The position numbers and the translations under genes are program-made. Of a stretch of DNA of 64,000 bases, positions 13,302 through 29,899 are shown piece by piece (the stretch's first letter is position 1; the number at the start of each line of letters is the position of its first letter). The DNA is taken from the NCBI RefSeq assembly GCF_009914755.1, contig NC_060931.1; one strand, given 5' to 3'. The notes beneath the pieces are model-generated. The model saw only the letters and a list, made by a program, of their open reading frames with translations, was not told where the DNA came from and did no database searches. Source of the stretch: the human T2T-CHM13v2.0 reference genome, Homo sapiens.

Positions 13302-14004
13302 TTCTTAAGGGCTTTTACTCAGCAAGAGGATTTCCCATGAAATTTGTAGCTCGCATCCCTTTGAGAAAAAGTCAATAGAGCCAGCATCTCACCCTCGATT
13401 ATTTCACTTTCACCTCTAAGTCTGGACAAAAACATAAGGGCAGAGGAGAAAATGATTTTTAAAGGGCACTAGAGTATTTGAAAACCTTGACAAAGGTTCC
13501 ATTAGATGGTTCGGGTTGGTTCTTGTCATCTGGAATTGCCTCACCCACTTCGTGCCTAATCCCCGATTAAATGTCACCATTTCCAGCCTGATGTCTTCTT
13601 GCCATTTCTTCTGCCCCTAACCCTATCTCTTTCGATTGTGGAGGTTTGCTTTTTCCTTTGTGAATTATTTTTAATTCCCCTCTACTTTTTAGATTAAAGG
13701 TTAAGGGTAATATTATTATGAAAGCATAATTCCAGGCAGAGATAAGAAGCTCTCCAGCACATCGTTATTAATCCAAGGCAAGTCCATTTTTAAAGAAAGA
13801 AAAGAAAGGAGATTTGTAAAGGGCAAGGGCTAGCCTTGCAGATCCTCACAGCAGGGACAGAGCCTGATGCTCTGCAGAGGTGTCTGCAAGGAAACACAGA
13901 GCAAAACTGCCCTCAGCATAAAATCCCCCAATGACTAAGTTTCCGTTAGCTGCCTCCTCCCACTAGACCCAGCTCTTTGGCCCATGAACTCAAGTTTTGA
14001 GCTG

Positions 14005-14306
14005 TTTTTTTTTTTTTTTTTTTTTTTGGGGGGGGGGGGGGACAGAGTCTCGCTCTGTCGTCCAGAGTGCAGTGGTGCGATCTCGGCTTACTCCGCCTCC
14101 CGGGTTCACGCCATTCTCTTGCCTCAGCCTCCGGAGTAGCTGGGACTACAGGCGCCTGCCACCACGCCCGGCTATTTTTTTGTATTTTTAGTAGAGACAG
14201 GGTTTCACCGTGTTAGCCAGGATGGTCTCGATCTCCTGACCTCGTGATCTGCCCACCTCAGCCTCCCAAAGTGCTGGGATTACAGGCGTGAGCCACCGCG
14301 CCCGGC
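14005..14306 (-). mobile_element. AluY with T23-G14 tail junction
   Basis: AluY diagnostics (ttcacgccattct, ccgtgttagccaggatggtctcgatct); TSD gttttgag (13994-14001, 14307-14314). Confidence 0.95.
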
Positions 14307-15084
14307 GTTTTGAGTTTCTTAATTCACTGTTGTCTTTGTCTGTTCAGGCTGCTAAAACAAAATGTCATTGACTGGGTAGCTTATGTTCATAAGTTGCCAG
14401 GCTACCTCTTTCAGGTAAGCATGAAGGTCCAGGCTGATGGACTTGAAACCTGGAAGCCTGGGAAGAAGCTGGCCTTCTGTCTCACCACCTAAAACAGAGT
14501 TCATATATCTCTCTGTTGAGTTTTTTTAAAAGAACCACAGATATTTGGGGTTCAGGTTTGAGGTACAATAAAAGCTGAAATGAAGATGGCTCAGAAACAA
14601 GGCTAGGCTTTCTGGACTATGTGGACAGGAAATCCCACCCCTCCATGCATTCACTCTAAAGCTCCCTCTGAAGTTCATTCTTCCAAGAAAGTCAGCCACA
14701 GGACAGAGACACAGAAATAATGAAAATGTTCTGCAGTGCTCAAAATGCCCCGGTCATCCTCCTTCTTGGACTTCTGTAAGTTTGCACATAGCTTATTCTG
14801 TACTTTTCTGAGACGTAATTCTCCAGTTCCTCTACTGAGCTTGTATGTAGGAGTGATATTATGAAAATTAATAACTGATAAGTTATGGGCACAGATCCAA
14901 CAGAACAGGCCCTCTCTTTCGAGCTGGGAGGAAGGGAGTGGGTGGACAAGACATATACAAAAGACATGAGGCAGCAGCCATTTACCAATGGAAAAGACTA
15001 ATATTTTAACAGCGGGACCTATCATCTGGGCTCTATTAATAATCTTCTTTGACTCAGATAAATATGGAATCAAACATATCCAGG

Positions 15085-15235
15085 TTGGAATCCTCAATCT
15101 TTCACTACCAGATATGGTAGTCACCTTAGATAAGTTATTTAACTTCTAAACCCTCAGCTTCCTCATCTGTAAAACTGGAATGACTTACATTAGTTCTCTT
15201 GTAACATTTACACGAAATAACATATGTAAAGCACC
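15085..15235 (+). mobile_element. MIR SINE fragment
   Basis: MIR core ctcagcttcctcatctgtaaaa...atgtaaagcac. Confidence 0.7.
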
Positions 15236-15520
15236 CCCACCACGACTCAACTTCTTCTCAATTCAAAATTCTGCTCATGGAGATTTTAAGAGCACATTTC
15301 TGGAGAGTGTGGATTTGGAAAAGAACAATAGGCATGATTACAGTTTAATTGAGCAGCCAGTGTGTGGGGAGCCTTGTGCTGGTGCTGTAGGCCTCTTAGC
15401 TGAGGAATTCCACAGTAACCCTATAAAGTAGGAATTTCCATCTCATTAATGTCCTTTTTTGTGGCGAATAACAACAAAAGCTAATATTTATTAAGAGCTA
15501 ACCAAAATCCTAAAAGGAGT

Positions 15521-16011
15521 TGTATTAGTCAGTGATCTTCAGAGTAACAGAACTCATAGGAATATATATAGAAAGAGATCTGTTAGGAGGTATTGGCTCA
15601 TGTGATTATGGAGGCTGAAAATCTCATGATCTGCATCCGCAAGCTGCAGATCCAGGAAAGCTGGTGGGATCATTCAAAGGCCTGAGAGCTGGAGAGCAAT
15701 GGTGTATATCCCCATCTAAGTTTGAAGGCCTAAAAACCAGGAGCACAGGGGACAAGAGAAGATCTATGTCCCAGTTCAAGCAATCAGGCAGAGAGAAACC
15801 AAATCTAATCATCCTCCTTCTTTTTGTTCTTTTCAGGCCCTCAACTGATTGGATGATGCCCACCTTCCCTGAGGTAAGCTATGGGCTTTACTCAGTCCAC
15901 CAATTCAAATGCTAATAAATACCCTCAGAGACACACCCAGAAATAATGTTTAATCAAATAGCTGGGCATTCTATGGCCCAGTTAGATTAACACATGAAAT
16001 TAACCATCACA
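15521..16011 (-). mobile_element. MLT2B-like ERVL solo LTR
   Basis: tgtattagtc ... aaattaaccatcaca termini; MLT2B internal motifs; degenerate TSD ggagt/gaaat. Confidence 0.85.
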
Positions 16012-16069
16012 GAAATTTTTGTGCTGACTCCATTTACAAATCGGGAAACTAATTCAGAAAGAGTAAACA

Positions 16070-16200
16070 GTGATATATAGTGCACAAGCTGTGAATATTG
16101 CCATGGGAATCAGAGACCTTGGCTTAAATCCCAGCTGTGGAGAAGTTACCAAACCTCTCTAGGCCTCAGTTTCCTCATGCATAAATGAGAATTAAAAGGG
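16070..16200 (+). mobile_element. MIR 5' half; the 3' half appears at ~23605-23696
   Basis: aacctctctaggcctcagtttcctcat core; the consensus continuation appears after the nested block. Confidence 0.6.
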
Positions 16201-16210
16201 CATTGAACTA

Positions 16211-16550
16211 CAGTAGGCCCCCAGCATCCACAGGTTCTGCATTCATGTATTTGACCAATCACAGATTGAAAATATTCCTAAAAATAATTTCAGAAAGTTG
16301 CATCTGTACTAAACATGTACAGACTTTTTCCTTGGCATTATTCCCTAACAATAAAGTATAACAAATATTTACATAGCATTTACATTGTATTAGGTATTAT
16401 AAGTAATCTAGAGATTATCTAAAGTATATAGAAGGATGATGTGCATACATTATATATAAATACTATACCATTTTATATAAGGAACTTGAGCATCCATGGA
16501 TTTGGGTATCTGCAGGGCTCCTGGAACCAGTCCCCGATAGATACTGAGGG
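16211..16550. mobile_element. MER2 (TcMar-Tigger) MITE, right terminal repeat clipped
   Basis: TA|cagtaggcccccagcatcc...ttacatagcatttacattgtattaggtattataagtaatctagag...ggaaccagtcccc. Confidence 0.9.
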
Positions 16551-17050
16551 TCCTGGCAGGAAACAGATGGCACACTCCAACAGAAAAAATTGAGGATGAT
16601 TTACAGAGCTATGGGCAGGATTAAGAGAAAACTACGTAGAATGGTAAAGTACACGGAGGCAGGGATGAGAAGGGAAGGACTAGCAGCAGTGGAGAGCCCT
16701 TCTCATCCTAGGCCTGAAGAGCAAAGGAGGGGAGTGGCCACAGGAACTCAATGAGTACTGAGACTTTAGCTGCTGCTGTAGGAGAGGCCACTGAGGAGCT
16801 CCAGCCTCAGGTAAAGGAACACAGCCACTGCCATCCTGCAGCCTTATCAGCAGAGAGCCAAGAAAATCAACATCCTAATCTCACTCTCATCCTGACTTCT
16901 GATCTCCTGCCACTAACTCTCTTTGGCCTAACCCACCCAGAAGCAGAGAGCAATGAAGCAGATGAAGCAAATTGATGCACATTTTAACAGTCACAGATGG
17001 GGCAGAAGGAAGTAGAGGATAGATCTGGAGGGGCAAACAATACTCAGCAT
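16548..17050 (-). mobile_element. LTR33-like ERVL LTR
   Basis: Reverse complement starts tgctgagtattgtttgcccctccagatc; other end caggaaacagatggcacactc. Confidence 0.65.
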
Positions 17051-17159
17051 CGGTCGTGGGTGTTGTATTGGTCAGGTTCTTCAGAGAAACAGAACCACTA
17101 CTGAAATATATATACACACACAAAGAGAGAGATAGAGAGACTTACTTACAGAAATTGTC

Positions 17160-18065
17160 GGGGGAGGAGCCAAGATGGCCAAATAGGAACAGCTCCGGTC
17201 TACAGCTCCCAGCGTGAGCGACGCAGAAGACGGGTGATTTCTGCATTTCCATCTGAGGTACCGGGTTCATCTCACTAGGGAATGCCAGACAGTGGGCGCA
17301 GGTCAGTGGGTGCGCGCACCATGCGTGAGCCGAAGCAGGGCGAGGCATTCCCTCACTTGGGAAGCGCAAGGGGTCAGGGAGTTCCCTTTCGGAGTCAAAG
17401 AAAGGGGTGACGGATGCACCTGGAAAATCGGGTCACTCCCACCCGAATATTGCGCTTTTCGGACCGGCTTAAAAAACGGCGCACCACGAGATTATATCCC
17501 GCACCTGGCTTGGAGGGTCCTACGCCCACGGAGTCTCGCTGATTCCTAGCACAGCAGTCTGAGATCAAACTGCAAGGCGGCAGCGAGGCTGGGGGAGGGG
17601 CGCCCGCCATTGCACAGGCTTGATTAGGTAAACAAAGCAGCCAGGAAGCTCGAACTGGGTGGAGCCCACCACAGCTCAAGGAGGCCTGCCTGCCTCTGTA
17701 GGCTCCACCAATGGGGGCAGGGCACAGACAAACAAAAAGACAGCAGTAACCTCTGCAGACTTAAATGTCCCTGTCTGACAGCTTTGAAGAGAGCAGTGGT
17801 TCTCCCAGCACACAGCTGGAGATCTGAGAACGGCCAGACTGCCTCCTCAAGTGGGTCCCTGACCCCTGACCCCCGAGCAGCCTAAATGGGAGGCACCCCC
17901 AAGCAGGGGCACACTGACACCTCACATGGCAGGGTATTCCAACAGACCTGCTGCTGAGGGTCCTGTCTGTTAGAAGGAAAACTAACAAACAGAAAGGACA
18001 TCCACACCAAAAACCAATCTGTACATCACCATCATCAAGGACCAAAAGTAGATAAAACCAAAAAG
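17160..18065. promoter_or_regulatory. L1 5'UTR with sense and antisense promoters, CpG-rich
   Basis: YY1 site caagatggcc at 17171-17180 is intact; many CpGs retained; known L1PA architecture. Confidence 0.8.
17395..17610 (-). CDS. L1 ORF0 (71 aa antisense ORF), intact
   Basis: MAGAPPPASLPPCSLISDCCARNQRDSVGVGPSKPGAGYNLVVRRFLSRSEKRNIRVGVTRFSRCIRHPFL* has full ORF0 length; ATG in gcaATGG context; expression unknown. Confidence 0.75.
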   Translation of the reverse strand: MAGAPPPASLPPCSLISDCCARNQRDSVGVGPSKPGAGYNLVVRRFLSRSEKRNIRVGVTRFSRCIRHPFL

Positions 18066-19082
18066 ATGGGGAAAAAACAGAACAGAAAAACTGAAAACTC
18101 TAAAACGCAGAGCGTCTCTCCTCCTCCAAAGGAACGCAGTTCCTCACCAGCAACGGAACAAAGCTGGATGGAGAATGACTTTGACGAGCTGAGAGAAGAA
18201 GGCTTCAGACGATCAAATTACTCTGAGCTACGGGAGGACATTCAAACCAAAGGCAAAGAAGTTGAAAACTTTGAAAAAAATTTAGAAGAATGTATAACTA
18301 GAATAACCAATACAGAGAAGTGCTTAAAGGAGATGATGGAGCTGAAAACCAAGGCTCGAGAACTACGTGAAGAATGCAGAAGCCTCAGGAGCCGATGCGA
18401 TCAACTGGAAGAAAGGGTATTAGTGATGGAAGATGAAATGAATGAAATGAAGCGAGAAGGGAAGTCTAGAGAAAAAAGAATAAAAAGAAATGAGCAAAGC
18501 CTCCAAGAAATATGGGACTATGTGAAAAGACCAAATCTACGTCTGATTGGTGTACCTGAAAGTGATGGGGAGAATGGAACCAAGTTGGAAAACACTCTGC
18601 AGGATATTATCCAGGAGAACTTCCCCAATCTAGCAAGGCAGGCCAACATTCAGATTCAGGAAATACAGAGAACACCACAAAGATAGTCCTGGAGAAGAGC
18701 AACTCCAAGACACATAATTGTCAGATTCACCAAAGTTGAAATGAAGGAAAAAATGTTAAGGGCAGCCAGAAAGAAAGGTCGGGTTACCCTCAAAGGGAAG
18801 CCCATCAGACTAACAACGGATCTCTCGGCAGAAACTCTATAAGCCAGAAGAGAGTGGGGGCCAATATTCAACATTCTTAAAGAAAAGAATTTTCAACCCA
18901 GAATTTCATATCCAGCCAAACTAAGCTTCATAAGTGAAGGAGAAATAAAATACTTTACAGAGAAGCAAATGCTGAGAGATTTTGTCACCACCAGGCCTGC
19001 CCTAAAAGAGCTCCTGAAGGAAGCACTAAACATGGAAAGGAACAACTGGTACCAGCCACTGCAAAATCATGCCAAATTGTAA
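18066..19082 (+). pseudogene. L1 ORF1p (RNA-binding chaperone), disrupted
   Basis: MGKKQNRKT..., canonical 1017-nt span, nonsense codons at 18684 (TAG, codon 207) and 18840 (TAA, codon 259). Confidence 0.95.
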
Positions 19083-19145
19083 AGACCATCGAGGCTAGGA
19101 AGAAACTGCACCAACTAACGAGCAAAATAACCAGCTAACATCAAA

Positions 19146-22966
<3,821 letters not shown>

Positions 22967-23329
22967 ACAATGAGAACATATGGACACAGGAAGGGGAACA
23001 TCACACTCCGGGGACTGTTGTGGGGGGATGGGGAGGGATAGCATTAGGAGATATACCTAATGCTAAATGACGAGTTAATGGGTGCAGCACACCACCATGA
23101 CAAATGTATACATATGTAACTAACCTGCACACTGTGCACATGTACCCTAAAACTTAAAGTATAATAATAATAAAATAAAATAAATTAAAAAAATTTTTAA
23201 AAAGGAAATTTCAGTCTTTGCTTTTAGGGCCTTCAAGTGATTGGAGGCCCACCCACATTATGGAGGTTAATATGCTTCATTCAAAGTCTACTGATTTAAA
23301 AGTTAATTTCATCTTTAAAAAAATACTTT

Positions 23330-23487
23330 GTTAGTTGTGTGTGGTGATGCACACCTGTAGTCCCAGCTACTTGGGAGTCCGAGGTGGGAGAACAGGTTGT
23401 ACCCTGGAGGTCAAGGCCTCAGTGAGCTGTGATTGCATCACTGCACTCCAGCCTGGGTGACAGAGCAAGACCCTGTCTAAAAATGAG
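23330..23487 (+). mobile_element. Alu right monomer (FRAM or 5'-truncated AluJ)
   Basis: cacctgtagtcccagctacttgggag...cactgcactccagcctgggtgacagagcaagaccctgtct; TSD aatacttt (23322-23329, 23488-23495). Confidence 0.85.
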
Positions 23488-24367
23488 AATACTTTCATAA
23501 CAACCTCTAGACTGGTGTTTAACCAAATAACTGGGCACCATAACTTAACCAAGTTGTCACACAATATGAGCCACCACAGGTGTTTACTTCATATATCTGC
23601 ATTGGTATCTACTCTATAGTTTGTGTGAAGGTAAAATAATATAACACACCCCTGGAAAAGTAAATATTCAGTAAATGTTAACTGTTATCATTATTGCTTG
23701 TACTTAAATCTTGACTGGGCTGCTTCAAGCTCCTGTTACTTTATAACAATGATTTAACCTTGAAGGACCTCTCTTTTCTTGTTTACATCTGAAATAGGCT
23801 GTGTGAGCTCGCTTTTAGTTCCTAAATACCATGGCAACCTAACGATTCATTGCTCATCACTTCCAAAAGGAGTGCAGGGAGGAAGTCAGTGCTAGGCTCA
23901 AGACTTCAAGGTGTGGCCAATTCTTCTCAAGTTTCTGGGGCACCACTTCTCAAATGAGCATTAAAGGAAATTGTTTCAGGATGTTTACACATGGGTCAGA
24001 AAAAAAATCTGCACAAATGCAGTTGTTTATTCAAGCATTAAGCATAATTAAATAGGTATCTTATTTACTGAGGAGACTTCCCCAGGAGCTTTATTGCACT
24101 TATACGGCCTTTAAATCTGCAGATGGGGTTTTAGGATACCGTTTCCTGAGTTTTTGCGTCTGCTGATCCCTTTGCTCTTCAAGAATGCATAAATGTCTTG
24201 GGGAGCTAGGATAGTAGGGAATGAGGTTTGGAAATGTAGACCCAGGGCCACCCTGACAGTTGTTCTAAAGATACTATTGGCCTGCTCTCTTCTTTCCTGC
24301 CCTGCTCTTCTAGTGAGGGAGAATCCTAAGGGAATGAGGATAAGCTAGTTTTGGGGAGACCCAGGTC

Positions 24368-24412
24368 TAGGACCAGCTACATAATTTGCAGGGCCCTGTG
24401 CAAAATGAAAAT
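24368..24412. mobile_element. MER45-family terminal fragment
   Basis: aggaccagctacataatttgcagggccctgtgcaaaatgaaa resembles the reverse complement of the MER45A end at 13260-13301. Confidence 0.6.
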
Positions 24413-26067
24413 TAAAATGTAGCCTCTCTGTTTTTTTCCATTAGATGCCTGCTGTCCTGGAAAATCTTCTGGATCTATACAGTTAAACCCTCTGCAGCAT
24501 CCCCATTAGGACCCCAAGATCATCAAATCCTGACCCCGGCCCTTTAGCCCTTTCCTGTTCTTACAGCCACACAGAAACTGAAAAGCAAAGGGAAGGGTGG
24601 CACCTTTTGAGGCCTCAGGAAGACTCTGGGCTATAGGCAGCACTCTGTCTGCTCATGGATAGCCATGGCTATCCTGGCTCTCTCATTCTGCCTGTGTGCC
24701 AAGATGAGCATAAGCAAGACTGCCTACTCCCGGAGTTATAGGTGGGGCTAACAGGACACAGTGCCTCTTCCTCTTAGAGGAAACTTTAATATAATTAGTG
24801 CCCTGTCACTGGGCAGGACAAGTTTCTTCTACTTTGGCATCTCCAACTTTCATCATGTCTTTAAACCCTGCCCTCCCAGGCTCACACTGACCTGCTGTTA
24901 AAGAATATCACTTCCCTCTAAACATCTCCCTCTTCTCTCTCTCCAGCTTAAAGTTTCTTTGGCTGTTTGTTCTGGTTTGCGTTTTGTTTGTTTGTTTGTT
25001 TTATGTCTTGGGATGGGGTGTGCAATTAGTTCAGCCTCATTGTATCATCTGTTGTCAAATCTTTTCTGTCTTGTACCTGGATCAGACTTGCTGAACTTGA
25101 AGCTAAGAACTCTAAGAATTTGTATCATTGATCCATTGATGTGGTACAGCCAGGTCATATTAGCTCATGAGAGACAATTGTTAGCATCTCTTCCTAACTC
25201 CAAATTCACTGGTGCCTCATTGATAGCTTGCAGAGGCATTTACCCTGCAGAAACCAGCAAAGACCACAAACTAGCGCTCTTTTTCTGGAAATTCATTTGT
25301 CAAACATTTACCAATGCACCATCACTTTGATCCCAGGATATGAACTGACACATTTCTCCTGGTTTCAATGGCAGACTCACCTCATGGTCATAAAGGATAT
25401 AGCATTGAGAGAAGTGAGGAAGAAGAAAAAAACACAGGACCAGTTCATACTTCAAGTTATTATTATTCAAAGGGCACCCCACACAGGTGCAATTGTCCTG
25501 TGTTCCCTGACTCTGCTCCATTCCAGTCCCCTACCTCCCTGTAATTGCAATCTAAGGCACATTTTCCTTTTTAAGAGAAAATTTAATACCAAAAATATCA
25601 TTAAAGAGTCTAGCACCTGAGAATTCTTGTCTGAGGCAATGTGAATTTTTTTCTTTTTAAAATCAGGAATACTGATGAGTTTCCTTATTGGAGTATCACA
25701 GGGGATTCTGATTCTGTTGGAATCCTGGCCAAGAGCTTCATGTGCAGAGGGTGGTTAATTGATGGAGCAGACACTGTAGGAAAGTTAAACAGATAAGTTC
25801 CAGGACTACCCACTGCAATTAGGATATAAATCATTTAGTGATGTACAAATTAAACAAATAATGTACCCAATGTTTTAAAAATTGATCTTGATTATATTCT
25901 ATTACAAAAAATAGCATACAATTAGTTCTTGTCCCTAAAGAAGTTTTGAGCCCCAGATTATAACTCATTTATTTGAACAGTATTTGATACCAAAAAATCT
26001 AGTCAAGCAGAATAATTATGATGGTCCTTTTATCACAACATCAGGCCCAATTCTGAAATTTCCACTT

Positions 26068-27087
26068 GTTCATTCAATAAGCACTTATTGAGCATCTCTA
26101 GGAACCAGGCATGGTTCTCCATGATGGAGATACAGAGGTGAATAACACAGGCACAATATTTGCTGTCATGGGGTTTATATCCTGGCTATGGTGAAATGAC
26201 ACACACATCTAAACGTGTAATACAGACAATTAAAATAGGCAGATATAGTAGAGCATGACAAGCTGGATCCAAGTTAGAATGTGTAATTTACATTTAGGCT
26301 GAGTTCTGAATCACAAGAAACAGGCAGCTATTATAAGATCCAGGCAAGAGCTTTGTGGCCAGAATAGCCAGCCAGACAGCTGGTGCAGAGGCCCCAAGGC
26401 AAGAATGAGTTTGGCATTTTCAAGGACCAAAAAGTTGGCTACCATGGCCAAAACATAGCAGGCAGAATGGAGGTTGTTTGAAATGAGGTCAAAGAAATAA
26501 TCAGGAGCCAGACCATGGGGACTTCACAGCTAGAGTAAGGAATCTGGAATTCATTCCAAGTATGATTGGAAGTCATTGGATGGTTTCAATAAGGGAAGTG
26601 ATGTAACCTAATTTACATGTTTACATGATGCTTCTGGCTGCTTTTCTGAGAGTGGAGTCAGGTGGGAGGAAGGGATGATGGAGAAAAAGCCAGAACACCT
26701 GTGAGGAGGCTAAGTCAGATATTCAGAAAAAAGGTAAGAGTGTGGCCACAGGTGCTGGCATAGGCTTCTTGCGCATCACTTCATGCTTTTTTTAACAGAT
26801 GTAAATCTGGTGATTTGGACTAAGGTGGTGATAGTGGAGAAAACAAGGAGAAGGCTTTAGGATATGAGTTAGACGCATAATCAAAAGGGCTTTCTACTGG
26901 ATTGATTACAGAAGGTGAGAATCAAGAAATCAAGGCTGACACCTAGATTTTCAGCTTAGGCACATGCCTGGATGGTGATGTTGATGGCATAATTTAATGA
27001 GATGGAAATTCCTGAGGAGAACATCTTTAGGAAGGAAATAGGAGTTCTGTTTCAGCCACACCAAATAAAGAATGCCTATTTGACATT
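26068..27087 (-). mobile_element. L2a LINE fragment (~1 kb)
   Basis: Starts at the L2 tail ttcattcaataagcacttattgagca and continues with typical antisense L2 motifs. Confidence 0.8.
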
Positions 27088-27699
27088 GTTATAATGTCTG
27101 TAACATTGCTATAATGTCTGTAAAATATTTCTGCATTGAGAGTATAAAGGGTTTGTGTGTGTGTGTGCATGTGTGTTTTCTGTTAATTTAGGCAATACCC
27201 TAGGGACAGCTAATTGTCCTAATTCACAATTCAACCTTCAAAGGTGGTTGGATAACATTATATCAGAAAATCTACCCTCCACATGTCACTACTACAGGTG
27301 CTTTGGCTATTGTTATTTTTAACCAACCCCAAATCTCTGCTAATTAGCGTAATGAATGTTACAAGTGGGTTTTCATTGGTGAAACTAGTGGGAGTAGATT
27401 AAGTTGATGAAAATAAAGATATATGTATTGGTTCAAATACTTTAGAGACACTACCCTTTCATGAACAGTATATAATAATTTAGCATCTTTTGTAGCCTAT
27501 GCTTTGTGACTAGGGCCTGAGTCTTAATCCCTTAATGGTGCTGTGTCCAACCATTGGTTCTGAGCATTCTGGTAATCAATGCCAGCTATAAGAGTAAGGA
27601 TCCTTTGTCTAGAATATTGTTGCATCTGACTGAAATGAGCACTTCATCAAGGTGTGGTTGGGTCACCTGAGGGGACACAGAGCTGGGACTTCATCAAGC

Positions 27700-28300
27700 T
27701 TAAAGAATGCCTTAGATCCAGAACAAGATAAGAATGTCTGTTCTCACTTTTTTTCAACATTGTACCAAAGGTTCTAGCCAGGGCATTTGGGCAAGTAAAT
27801 GAAATAAAGGGCAACCAGATTGAAAAGCAAGAAGTAAAACTATCTCTATTTGCAGATGACATGATCTTATATAGAGAGAAAATCCTAAGGAATCCACTAA
27901 AAATACTATTAGAACTCATAAGTGAGTTCATCAAGGTTTCAGAATACAAGATTAACATACAAAAATCAGTTCCATTTTTGTTTACTTGCAATGAAAAATC
28001 TAAAAATAAAATTAAGAAAGTAACCTAATTTATAGTAACATCACAAAGAATAAAATATTTAGGAATAAATTCAACAAAAGAAGTACAAAATTTACACTCT
28101 GAGAACTCTAAAACACTGCTAAAAGGAATGAAGGAAACCTAAATAAATGGAAAAACATCACATGTTCACAGAATAGAAGACTTAATATTGTTAAAATGGC
28201 AATACTCCCCAAACTAATCTACAGATTTAATGTAATCTCTATCAAAATTTCATTATTTGGCATTTGATGCTAAAACTGTTATTGAAATGTAAAGGTCCCA
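27700..28300 (+). mobile_element. Old L1M ORF2 (RT region) fragment
   Basis: ctatttgcagatgacatgatc (LFADDMI) and downstream ORF2 sequence, heavily degenerate. Confidence 0.85.
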
Positions 28301-28904
28301 GAAGAAAATGAATATGACTACAGTAGCTGGTTAGCAGAGAGGCCACAGGCAAATAGTCATCTTTCCCTTATCTACTAAAATCTAAATCTTGTCCCTATTT
28401 TTTTTGTTGTTGTTGTTGTTGTTTTTTGGTTTTTCTCTATGTCTGGGAAAAAAAACTATCCATGTCACTCACCAGTCGGTCTGTATGCAATGGTGTCACC
28501 AAACAGAATTCTTCTCTCTCCCTTGCCTTTCATTCTCTACCTTGTTCCACTCTCAGGTAGGATTTCTATGGATGCAATACCTTCTGATCCCCACATACAG
28601 CATCTTGCCCAGTGCTGCTATTAGATCTGGTTCTTTTTAACAGAGCATACCCTTTCACTGCCATATGTCAAATATGAGTCTTGTCCAAGCCTTACTGACC
28701 CCTCTAAGAAGCCAACTCAATCTCTGTGTTTAAAACATTGCAAACAAATGGATGGGCCCTAAAATTTAGATAATAAAAGAAAACCAAGAATTCCATTAAA
28801 TCTGCAGCTACATTCAAACTCAACCACACCCATGCTTCACTTAGAGTTTGGGAAATTCTCTGGCTTATTTCTTTCATCTTTGCTTTGGCTTCTTTGCCTT
28901 TTTC

Positions 28905-29215
28905 TTTTCTTTTTTTTCCTTTTTTTTTTTTTTCTTTAGAAGGAGTCTCGCTCTGTCGCCCAGGCTGAAGTGCAGTGGCACAATCTAGGCTCACTGCAAC
29001 CTCCTCCTCTGGGGTTCAAGTGATTCTCCTGCCTCAGCCTCCTGAGTAACTGGGATTACAGGTGCACTCCACCACCCCCAGCTGCTAGTTTTTGTATTTT
29101 TAGTAGAGACAGGGTTTCACCATGTTGGTCAGCCTGGTGTCGAACTCCTGACCGATCTGCCTGCCTCGGCTTTCCAAAGTGCTGGGATTACAGGCATGAG
29201 CCACTGCACCCAGCC
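28905..29215 (-). mobile_element. AluS-type element
   Basis: Dimeric Alu, ttcaagtgattctcc / catgttggtcag; 15-bp TSD ttctttgcctttttc / ttctttgtctttttc (28890-28904, 29216-29230). Confidence 0.95.
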
Positions 29216-29899
29216 TTCTTTGTCTTTTTCTAATGTTCAGAAGCTTTTAAAAAATACCAGTTCCTTCACTAAGCACTGAATTTGTGGTGGGTCATCCTGC
29301 ATTTTAATATCAATTTCCTCATCAGTTTAACTGTGGTGAGCATTACTGCTCTGTTTACTTCATCAGTTTTTGAGGATCAAAATAAATAGTATGTGAATGT
29401 GGCGTTTTTTCATTGTAAAGCTCTACATAAACATAAAATCTTATTTCATACTCAAATGAGGCATACATTTTCATTCATCAGTTTTTTTAAAAGGTGATTT
29501 GCAGTACAGTGTGTTCACACTTACACATAGCCAGATTAATATTTATTTAGGGACTTTTACATCAGACCTGTTCAATAAATAACTACAGAATTGCAGCTAT
29601 TCTTCAATGACCAACATTTCTTTAACAGGGTACAGTGTTTAGGGACAAAGCTTAAAATCTAAGTAGCCCCTGAAGATATAAAACATTGAGTTAAATTCAT
29701 ACCAAGGGTTAGTGATCCTTTGCTAAACCAGATATCGTTAGGCCGAACAATTATTAGATTTCAGGCTTGGAGTTATGCAGTGTAGGATGGGAGTGCATCA
29801 TTCTTACCAAGATGGTAATCTTTACAAAGCTGACTCTTCTACAGTGACATAATTGAATTATAAATTCTTCTCAAAAAATAGTTATCAACTTGTGTATAT

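Noticed and set aside
14675-15124. 149-aa minus-strand ORF
   Set aside because: Non-ATG start, begins in a MIR, no recognisable domain
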